Positions 1 to 7,300 of a stretch of DNA of 11,660 nucleotides are shown piece after piece; positions within the stretch are counted from its first letter, which is position 1, and every line of letters starts with the position of its first letter. The translations under genes were made by a program, and so were the position numbers. The notes under the pieces are model-generated. The model worked only from the letters and a program-made list of their open reading frames with translations, did no database searches and was not told the DNA's origin. Source of the DNA: Candidatus Thorarchaeota archaeon. Lineage in GTDB: Archaea; Asgardarchaeota; Thorarchaeia; Thorarchaeales; Thorarchaeaceae. The stretch spans positions 1-11,660 of the forward strand of contig JBHLRQ010000091.1 in NCBI GenBank assembly GCA_048882385.1, read 5' to 3'.

Positions 1-1
1 A

Positions 2-148
2 GAACTTTGTAACAGGGTAGGAATACTCTATCAAGGAGAACTTGTTGCCATTGGTAAACCATCAGAGTTGGAAGAAAAATACAAGGCTGCCAATCTTGAA
101 GAAGTGTTCACTGGGCTTGTCACAGGAGAGGGGGTGTACGCTGATTGA
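2..148 (+). CDS. ABC transporter ATP-binding protein, C-terminal fragment (5' truncated by window edge)
   Basis: Frame +2 translates ELCNRVGILYQGELVAIGKPSELEEKYKAANLEEVFTGLVTGEGVYAD* (TGA 146-148). The LCxRVxIxxxG and LEEVF segments are typical of ABC-2/drug-exporter ATPase C-termini. The stop overlaps the permease TTG start (TTGA). Not in the supplied ORF track. Confidence 0.85.
   Translation, partial: ELCNRVGILYQGELVAIGKPSELEEKYKAANLEEVFTGLVTGEGVYAD
125..136 (+). promoter_or_regulatory. Shine-Dalgarno site for the ABC permease
   Basis: GGAGAGGGGGTG ends 8 nt before TTG at 145. Confidence 0.6.
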
Positions 149-1383
149 AGAGCAAGAAGAAATCCCCCAATGAGAGTAAGAAGACGATTTGGCTTTTGAA
201 GAAAGAGATCAAGTCTGTTCTCCGTTCTCGTTGGCTCCTTCTTGGATTCATGATTAGCCCACTATTTGCATGGCTCTTTCAAGGAGTCTTTCTGAATTTT
301 CTGTTTGCAACAGCAATTGAACCTGAAAATGTCTACATAACTAATGATGATGGATCTGGGAGTAATGGTACATGGGGCCAGTATCTCTATGATAGTCTCT
401 ATGCTCAATATGATTATGAAAAGACCGTACCTGACGACCAAAAGTTTCTCAAATATGTAAATCTCACCACCGTAAACGCTAGCGTAGGATCAGAACTGTG
501 GGAGAACAGAACCGCACCTGTATGGATATTGATACCTACTAACTTCACTGAAGTCTTTGAAACTTACAATGTGACAACCTTGACCATCTACGTAAACTCA
601 GGAAGTTTCAGGGCTACTGCAGCGTATGAGAGAACCAAGAACTTTGCTCAGTGGCTGATGAGAGCAACTGACCTCTTTGTTCAACAAATAAGCCCGCCAG
701 CGGCTGAAGCAAGCTATGGTCACCAACTAGCAATATTTCTTGTAATGATAACCTCAGTCATGGCACCTAGTCCGTATATCAGCAAATCATTTGCAGGCGA
801 GAGAGAGCAGCACACGCTGGAGGCTCTGCTAGTTGTGCCATTAAGTCGACTCAAGATTCTAGGTGCAAAGTTGGTGGCTGGATTGCTATTGACCATGATA
901 TATTCTACATTCACTGTAGTCGGGATTCTCGCATACAACGCTCTGGTCCTAGTGAGAGGCGCGGGAAGTCTGAATAGCGAGAGCCAGATAGGATTCTATA
1001 GTGTTCAAGTCACAAGTATTCCTCTGATATTCTTCTGCCAGTTCTTGATTTTACTCTGTGCGATTGGGATTGGCGTTGTAATCTCAACAATGGCTAAAGA
1101 TCAAGCAACTTCAGAGTCGATCAACAATCTTGTACTCCTTGTACCAACGATGGTAATAGGAATCCTTGGTTTTGCTGGGAGCATCAGTCAAGTCAGTGGT
1201 CTGTTCGGACTTTTTGTGTTCCTGATACCCTTTAGTCATGCAATCATGTTCCTCAATGGAGTGCTGTCACCAGCTCCAAATGTGTTCCTGCTCTTCATAA
1301 ACGTCGTGTATATGTTGGCCTTCACAATTGTCTTTCTAATAATAGGAGCCAAGGCGTTTGAGAGAGAGGCAATCATTGCTTAG
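145..1383 (+). CDS. ABC-2 type exporter permease (NatB/YhgE-like architecture)
   Basis: 412 aa with one N-terminal TM, an extracellular domain of about 135 aa and then several TMs. The motif FAGEREQHTLEALLVVPLSRLKILGAKL matches the ABC-2 permease 'E(R/K)ExxTLExLLxxP...GK' pattern. Coupled to the upstream ATPase. Confidence 0.88.
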   Translation: MKSKKKSPNESKKTIWLLKKEIKSVLRSRWLLLGFMISPLFAWLFQGVFLNFLFATAIEPENVYITNDDGSGSNGTWGQYLYDSLYAQYDYEKTVPDDQKFLKYVNLTTVNASVGSELWENRTAPVWILIPTNFTEVFETYNVTTLTIYVNSGSFRATAAYERTKNFAQWLMRATDLFVQQISPPAAEASYGHQLAIFLVMITSVMAPSPYISKSFAGEREQHTLEALLVVPLSRLKILGAKLVAGLLLTMIYSTFTVVGILAYNALVLVRGAGSLNSESQIGFYSVQVTSIPLIFFCQFLILLCAIGIGVVISTMAKDQATSESINNLVLLVPTMVIGILGFAGSISQVSGLFGLFVFLIPFSHAIMFLNGVLSPAPNVFLLFINVVYMLAFTIVFLIIGAKAFEREAIIA

Positions 1384-2774
1384 GATATGGGCCATTTTGG
1401 ACTTATGTCAACTCCAGAACGGTCTAGGAGCTCGGTTGCATGCTCCCTTGCCTTTGCCTTGACCTTCCCTTCATCCAGAGTGAGTAATTTCCTCTCACGC
1501 ATCAGAATCTGTCCATTCACAAGTACTGTATCTACCGCATAACCAGATCCCGAGTAAACAAGGTTAGAAACAGGATTTGATGCAGGTGTAAGGCTGAGAC
1601 CTTGCAGGTCAACAAGAATGATGTCAGCCAATTTTCCAGACTCGATTGACCCAACCCGATCCTGGATACCCATGGCTGCAGCACCCCCGAGTGTGGCCAT
1701 CTCAATCGCCTGCTCAGCGGTCACAACAAGTGGGTCTTTGACGTATGATTTGTGAATGAGAGCTGCAAGTCGCATCTCACGAACCATGTCGTAAGTATTG
1801 TTGGAGGGCCCACCATCGCATCCTAGAGAAACAGGCACACCTACTTGAAGCATCTGTGGGACTTTCGCAAATCCTGAGGCAAGTTTCATGTTACTTGAGG
1901 GACAATGGGAAATGTTTGATTTACTTTCAGCAAGCACTTTCAATTCATCGTCTTCAAAATGAATCCCGTGTGCGAAAACCATGTCAGGACCCAATAGATT
2001 GTGATCCCGGGCAAATGTGGTCAAGTTAGTACCGAAATTCTCCTTCACATACCGAACATCATCAACAACCTCACCAAGATGCATAGTCATTCTCGTTTTC
2101 TTCTCCCGGGTTCTACGAGCGACGTCTTTGAAAAGATCTGGAGTAACAGCACCCAATGACCGTAGACCATACCAGACCTGGATTCTTCCGTCTGCCTTGC
2201 CATGCCACTTCTTGTACATTTCATCGGTTTCAGTCAGACAGGCTTCAGCATCCTCCACCATACCAGGATACATTATGTCAGGGCTATCTGCATAACCTGT
2301 TGAATCCATAATGATCTTTGAGAGAGCAGCTCTCATACCTGCTTGTTCAACTGCTTTCGCAATACCATCGAAACCGTATCTTGAATGAATCATGCATTCG
2401 ACAAAAGATGTTGTGCCAGTACGAATCATCTCAGCCATACAAAGTTCAGCAGAAACGCGTCCATCTTCTTTTGTGAAGTTTCCTTGAAGGACCCAGACAT
2501 ATTTTTTCAACCAGTCTACAAGTGATACATCATCAGCACAACCACGAATCAACGCTTGAGCTAGGTGAGTATGCGTATCAATAAGCCCCGGCATAACGAT
2601 CATATTCTTGGCATCAATGAGCAGGTCTGGGTTATGCCCTTTCAGTTCGTCCGTTTTCCCAACTTCTACAATTGCTTCGTTTTCAATATAGACAGAACCT
2701 CTTGAAAGAATCTCACGTTTTGCATTCAGGGTCAGAACATATCCGTTCTCTATGAGAATTGAATTAGTGGCCAA
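1380..2774 (-). CDS. Amidohydrolase-superfamily deaminase (cog0402; MtaD/GuaD/SsnA/AtzA-like), substrate unknown
   Basis: 464 aa. Contains PGLIDTHTH (HxH metal ligands), MHLGE (His ligand plus catalytic Glu), FAHGIH, HCPSSNMKL, LGCDG (Asp ligand) and GSIESGKLADI. TTG start has GGAGGAG 7 nt upstream. Confidence 0.9.
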   Translation of the reverse strand: MATNSILIENGYVLTLNAKREILSRGSVYIENEAIVEVGKTDELKGHNPDLLIDAKNMIVMPGLIDTHTHLAQALIRGCADDVSLVDWLKKYVWVLQGNFTKEDGRVSAELCMAEMIRTGTTSFVECMIHSRYGFDGIAKAVEQAGMRAALSKIIMDSTGYADSPDIMYPGMVEDAEACLTETDEMYKKWHGKADGRIQVWYGLRSLGAVTPDLFKDVARRTREKKTRMTMHLGEVVDDVRYVKENFGTNLTTFARDHNLLGPDMVFAHGIHFEDDELKVLAESKSNISHCPSSNMKLASGFAKVPQMLQVGVPVSLGCDGGPSNNTYDMVREMRLAALIHKSYVKDPLVVTAEQAIEMATLGGAAAMGIQDRVGSIESGKLADIILVDLQGLSLTPASNPVSNLVYSGSGYAVDTVLVNGQILMRERKLLTLDEGKVKAKAREHATELLDRSGVDISPKWPIS

Positions 2775-2781
2775 GAATAGA

Positions 2782-2788
2782 CTCCTCC
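2782..2788 (-). promoter_or_regulatory. Shine-Dalgarno site for the amidohydrolase
   Basis: CTCCTCC on + reads GGAGGAG on -, 7 nt before TTG at 2774. Confidence 0.7.
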
Positions 2789-2838
2789 AAGAAAGACTTG
2801 CATATGTACCGTGACATAATACTTGCGGTGGATACTAT

Positions 2839-4638
2839 TTAGGCAGGTTTAGCAAATTTGATCTTAATGGTGAGTCCTTGTTCTGGTTTGCCCTTGACCC
2901 GATCAATTACTTGAGGTGTATTTCCGTACTTTTCTGCTAATCTTCTCACAAGGTGGAGGCCAACACCACCATATCGACGGGTTGGTTCGAATAACTCCCT
3001 TTTTTTAGTGTCATCAAGTCCAGGTCCATTATCGGACACGCTTAGCCAGTAACCATCAGATGTAGATTTCCCACGTACCCTTACCATCTTTTCCGAATCA
3101 CTCTTTGGATTGTGAACAACAGCATTCTCAAGTAAATTCCATACCAGTTGACTCAGCGCTTGGTCTGCAAGTACTATCACATTCTGAGGGAATTTCCCAA
3201 TGTCAACTTTAACGCCCCTTTGTTTGAAAAGTAGCTCTGATTCGGCTCGGACAACACTGGCTAAGTCTACAGGTCCTATTGGTTCTGTTTTAGACTCCTC
3301 GGCTTTCCTTACCTTTTGTATGAGTTCTAGACAACGAAGCGCTCCATCCATGACATATCTCTTTGACCTCAGGATTTGTTCAGGTTTTGAATTCTTCTCT
3401 AGGAAATCTCCTCCAGCAAGAATGAGCTGTAATTGGTTTCCAATATCATGAAGAAGAAGATCTAGTAGAAAATAGACCTCAGCTTCTGCATTCTTTAGAT
3501 CTGACACATCTGTGAAGATAGCGAGACTACCGATATACTGACCATCAGGATCAAACAAAGGTGATGCAGAAATCATAACGGGGATAAGACTTCCAGACCA
3601 ATGCTTGAGTAGCGCTTCATAGTGATCGATCTTGCCTTCTTTTCGTTCTTCCATCTTCTCGTGAACTTTGTTCTCCGTCCATCCATGCAAAATGTCAGTA
3701 ATTGGAAGCCCTATCAATTGCTCGGGGTAATCGCAACCAATCATCTTGCAGAGGGCTTCATTAGCAAGAACCATCTTTCCATCTGCATCATCAACACCTA
3801 AGCCGGAGTCCATTGTTTCAATGAGTGATCTATAGCGACGTTCACTCTCCTGAAGTGCTCTAGCACGTAACTTCTCTTCTGTGATATCAATCAATTGAGC
3901 AACTGTTTTGATCTCTCCATCCTTGCTACGTATTGTACCTACATTCATCCGGATATCTGAAACAGCACCATCTTTCCGTACAATTTTGAATTCATATACA
4001 GAGGGAACAGATTGACCTCTCCTCCTTTTTCTATAACGATCTGCGACCATGTCGACATCATCAGGATGGACGAATTCACGAAAATCATGTCCTAGGATTT
4101 CACTTCGTCTTCGGCCTAGGATGTCACACATCTTGTCATTGACATACTCAAACTTGTAGTCCCCACCCACAACTATCATTCCAGCAAAGCTGTAGTAATC
4201 AACCATGAACTCGAGAATCTCTTTTCTTGCATCAATCTTTTCTTCAACAACTTCCCTGCGACTCAAATCCAAGAGATATACCACAAACCCAACGATCTTC
4301 CCTTGTTCGGTTATGGTGTTAGTATAGACTTGTGTAGGAACCTTGACACCATCGCCTCGAACAACTCTCAATGAGATTGATACAGAGGGGACACCACTTC
4401 TGAGAATACGAAGACCTTCCTCGACCTGGGCTAATTGCTCGGCCGCGACCAACTCAGGTACAGAAATCCCTTCGTTCAAGACCTTCTTGTCAAGTTTGAA
4501 TAATTCTATGGCAGGATGGTTTGCATAGGTCAAAATGAATTTGTCATCAAGCTCAATCACAGGTATGAGCATACTATCAGCTACCTGATGAAACGCCTTT
4601 CTTGTGGGGGACGGCTTTCGCTTGAACGACTGTTTCAT
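2839..4638 (-). CDS. Cytoplasmic PAS-domain sensor histidine kinase (3 PAS/PAC + HisKA + HATPase)
   Basis: Three PAS repeats (YANHPAIELF; YVNDKMCDILGRRRSEILG..FVHPDD; LANEALCKMIG) are followed by H-box LLHDIGNQLQ, N-box NLLENAVVHN, G1 DNGPGL, F-box LFEP and G2 GGVGL. No TM segments. ATG 4638 (MKQSFKRK) is preferred over 4692. Confidence 0.9.
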   Translation of the reverse strand: MKQSFKRKPSPTRKAFHQVADSMLIPVIELDDKFILTYANHPAIELFKLDKKVLNEGISVPELVAAEQLAQVEEGLRILRSGVPSVSISLRVVRGDGVKVPTQVYTNTITEQGKIVGFVVYLLDLSRREVVEEKIDARKEILEFMVDYYSFAGMIVVGGDYKFEYVNDKMCDILGRRRSEILGHDFREFVHPDDVDMVADRYRKRRRGQSVPSVYEFKIVRKDGAVSDIRMNVGTIRSKDGEIKTVAQLIDITEEKLRARALQESERRYRSLIETMDSGLGVDDADGKMVLANEALCKMIGCDYPEQLIGLPITDILHGWTENKVHEKMEERKEGKIDHYEALLKHWSGSLIPVMISASPLFDPDGQYIGSLAIFTDVSDLKNAEAEVYFLLDLLLHDIGNQLQLILAGGDFLEKNSKPEQILRSKRYVMDGALRCLELIQKVRKAEESKTEPIGPVDLASVVRAESELLFKQRGVKVDIGKFPQNVIVLADQALSQLVWNLLENAVVHNPKSDSEKMVRVRGKSTSDGYWLSVSDNGPGLDDTKKRELFEPTRRYGGVGLHLVRRLAEKYGNTPQVIDRVKGKPEQGLTIKIKFAKPA

Positions 4639-4751
4639 AGTCCCACTTCTGCAACTTGTTTTGATTTTCAACCATGCGCAGCAAAACAGCATCCGGGTGT
4701 GTATGAATCCAAAGTGGGCTTGTTCATATACTTTAGTAAGATGTACAAACA

Positions 4752-4770
4752 GAAAGGTAACAACTTAAAG
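4752..4770 (+). promoter_or_regulatory. Putative BRE/TATA promoter of the Fe-S/AOR operon
   Basis: Purine-rich GAAAGGTAACAA is followed by CTTAAAG (4764-4770), about 50 nt before the SD-led TTG at 4820. Confidence 0.4.
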
Positions 4771-4819
4771 GGGTAGATTCTTGAATGTGAAGACTGAATC
4801 ATAAGTGGAGACTCGACTC

Positions 4820-5308
4820 TTGAAGAGCATACTCGTGATCGATATCAACAAATGTACTGGTTGCAGAAATTGCGAACTGGCCTGTTCAACAAGGCACACA
4901 AACTCATTCAACCCGAAAAGGTCTCGGATACAGATTCTCAAGAAGGAAGACCAGAATATGATCCTACCAATGGTCTGTCTCCAGTGTGAAGTCCCCCTCT
5001 GTGAACAAGCATGTCCAAATGGTGCAATCTCATACAACGAGAAAGGCACTCTATATGTAAGCAGTAAAGATTGTATAGGCTGCATGAACTGCGTCACCGC
5101 TTGTACCTTTGGAGGAATTGAAATTGATCCAATAACTCTGAAAGCGATAAAGTGTGACCTGTGTTTGGGAGACCCGGCCTGTGTCAAGGCATGTGACTAT
5201 GGTGCAATCAGTATGATTGAAGCAAAACACACAGGATTGGATGCACGTAGAAGAGGTGTAGATCCTGTCTACCAGACACTTGGAATTGAAAGAGGAGAGG
5301 TGCAATAA
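4820..5308 (+). CDS. 4x[4Fe-4S] electron-transfer protein (DmsB/CooF/HycB-like), probable AOR small subunit
   Basis: Cys motifs CTGCRNCELAC, CLQCEVPLCEQACP, CIGCMNCVTAC and KCDLCLGDPACVKAC. TTG 4820 has GGAG (4807-4810) upstream, and GTG 4805 is an alternative start. The TAATG stop/start overlap with AOR has SD GGAGAGGTG just upstream. Confidence 0.9.
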   Translation: MKSILVIDINKCTGCRNCELACSTRHTNSFNPKRSRIQILKKEDQNMILPMVCLQCEVPLCEQACPNGAISYNEKGTLYVSSKDCIGCMNCVTACTFGGIEIDPITLKAIKCDLCLGDPACVKACDYGAISMIEAKHTGLDARRRGVDPVYQTLGIERGEVQ

Positions 5309-7236
5309 TGACATTTCCGTACAAGGGATATGCTGGGTATTATCTAGATGTTGATCTGACAAAGGGAAAGGTCCACAAGAAGGAGATGGAGAAAGAGTGG
5401 GCTAGACTCTATCTTGGTGGAAGTGGAGTTGCTGCTAGGATTCTCTGGGACAGAACAGGACAAAAAACAGACCCTCTAGGTCCCGATAATGTTCTAGTTG
5501 TTGGAACAGGACCACTCAATGGATCCATGTTCTCACCTTCGGGAAGGATGATGTTTGCAGCGAAAGGACCTTTGACTGGAGTTTGGGCGGAGTCACATGT
5601 TGGGGGATTTTTGGGTCCAGAAATCAAGTATGCGGGTTTTGACTTTGTCATTTTGAATGGGCGTTCAGAAAAACCAGTCTATTTGTATCTGAAAGATGGA
5701 CAGGCAGAGCTTCGTGATGCATCGCATCTCTGGGGCAGAGAAACAAATGTGACCACGGAGATGATTAGAGAGGAGCTCAAGAATCCAACCGCTGAAACCG
5801 CAGTAATTGGTCCAGCTGGGGAAAATGGAGTGCTCTATGGTGCAATCATTGTAGACTTCTATCGAGCAGCAGGGCGTGCGGGGCTCGGAACTGTGTTGGG
5901 CTCTAAGAATGTAAAAGCCATTGTGGCAAGTGGGTCTCTGGGCATAGAGGCTTATGATATGGAAAAATACCTTGAGGCCAATGAAGTTGAGATGCAAAGA
6001 GTCTGCGACCCAATCTGGACAGAGTCTCTTGGGTCTCTGAGAAAATACGGAACTACAGATCTAGTGGCAATCATCAATGAGATAGGTAGACTGCCAACCA
6101 AGAACCATTGGACCGGATTCTATGAGGACGCAGATGACATTGGGCCAGAATTGATTGCTGAGAAATATCGCATTGCCCAGGAAGCATGTTTCGGTTGTGA
6201 GGTTGGCTGCAAATACATAATCCGTGTAAAGGAGGGCAAGTATGCTACAGGTCCAATAGGTGGACCAGAGTATGAAACCATTATGGCATTTGGTTCAAAC
6301 TGTATGAACAACAATGTCGAGTCAGTTTTCCATCTGGGCAAAAGGTGTGACTTGCTTGGTCTGGATACTATCAGTTGTGGGAAGTCAATTAGTTTTGCTA
6401 TGGATCTATGGGAGCATGGAATCATCACAGCAAAAGACACAGATGGATTGGAGCTCACATGGGGCAACGCTGAATCACAGATTGCGCTTGTTGAGAAGAT
6501 AGCCAGACGCGAGGGATTCGGAGAGATTCTTGCAAAGGGAGTAAGAAAAGCTGCAGAGATAATTGGGGGTGATGCCTGGAAGTATGCTGTACATGTCAAA
6601 GGTCTCGAGGCATCAGGTCAAGACCCAAGAGCACATCAGAGCATTGGACTTACGTATGCGACAAATGTCAGAGGAGCTGACCACCTGAGGAGTCTCTCTA
6701 GTTTAGAAGAACTGGGATTTCCTGGAATAGTTATTGACAGGTTCGGGAAGGACAAGGCTGATGCTATTCTTGACATCATGTCACCGGAACACAAAGGAGA
6801 ACTAGTATGGGACATGGAGGATCTGTATGCACTTGTCGACTCAGCAGTCATATGCAAGTATGGAACAATGTGGCCTCCAGTCTATTACTTTGATACTTTT
6901 GTGAACGTGATACCTCCTCTCACAGGAATGAAAGAGTGGGGAGATGCAAAATTCGTCAGAAAAGCAGCTGAGAGAATCAGTCACTTAAGAAGGGCATACA
7001 ATCATAGGCTAGGTGTGACACGTAAGGAAGAAAACCTTCCACACAGACTGCTCAAGGAGCCAATGCCAACAGGTCCATCCAAAGGTGGTCTCCCTGACCT
7101 TGATATCATGCTTGACGACTATTACAAGTTCAGAGGGTGCGATAGGGAAACAGGTTATCCATTTGAGTCCAAGTTAAAAGAGCTCGAACTAGACTTTGTC
7201 ATTGAAGAACTGAAACCCAAAGGATTGACAAGATAG
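5308..7236 (+). CDS. aor: Aldehyde:ferredoxin oxidoreductase family protein (tungsten bis-pterin, [4Fe-4S])
   Basis: 642 aa. Contains YLGGSG, KGPLTG..ESHVGG, IGPAGE, AAGRAGLGTVLGSKNVKAI, CFGCEVGC (cluster ligands), GPEYET, DLLGLDTIS, VKGLE..GQDPR, RGADH, DSAVIC (fourth Cys) and YYKFRG. The family is secure but the exact substrate and clade are not. Confidence 0.92.
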   Translation: MTFPYKGYAGYYLDVDLTKGKVHKKEMEKEWARLYLGGSGVAARILWDRTGQKTDPLGPDNVLVVGTGPLNGSMFSPSGRMMFAAKGPLTGVWAESHVGGFLGPEIKYAGFDFVILNGRSEKPVYLYLKDGQAELRDASHLWGRETNVTTEMIREELKNPTAETAVIGPAGENGVLYGAIIVDFYRAAGRAGLGTVLGSKNVKAIVASGSLGIEAYDMEKYLEANEVEMQRVCDPIWTESLGSLRKYGTTDLVAIINEIGRLPTKNHWTGFYEDADDIGPELIAEKYRIAQEACFGCEVGCKYIIRVKEGKYATGPIGGPEYETIMAFGSNCMNNNVESVFHLGKRCDLLGLDTISCGKSISFAMDLWEHGIITAKDTDGLELTWGNAESQIALVEKIARREGFGEILAKGVRKAAEIIGGDAWKYAVHVKGLEASGQDPRAHQSIGLTYATNVRGADHLRSLSSLEELGFPGIVIDRFGKDKADAILDIMSPEHKGELVWDMEDLYALVDSAVICKYGTMWPPVYYFDTFVNVIPPLTGMKEWGDAKFVRKAAERISHLRRAYNHRLGVTRKEENLPHRLLKEPMPTGPSKGGLPDLDIMLDDYYKFRGCDRETGYPFESKLKELELDFVIEELKPKGLTR

Positions 7237-7300
7237 TTAAGTGAGCGAATGACGGGAGTATCTTTAAGTAAGAATCATAACTCGACCAAATATAGATGGC

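Noticed and set aside
1380-2774. Calling this gene mtaD/dadD or an atrazine chlorohydrolase
   Set aside because: The ribose-binding Glu and PH[AS]xY His of MtaD appear absent, and nothing supports a xenobiotic substrate.
4639-4692. N-terminal extension MLFCCAWLKIKTSCRSGT of the kinase from ATG 4692
   Set aside because: Its composition looks non-coding and it extends into the divergent promoter region. ATG 4638 is more plausible, though unproven.
7234-7236. TAG stops (aor, permease, PreA-like) as possible pyrrolysine codons
   Set aside because: Each protein is full-length for its family at the TAG, and readthrough yields no meaningful domain.
7247-7287. ATGA...AA...GA weak hairpin after aor, loosely resembling a eukaryote-type SECIS
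   Set aside because: Pairing is poor and neither the AOR nor the Fe-S gene has an in-frame TGA.
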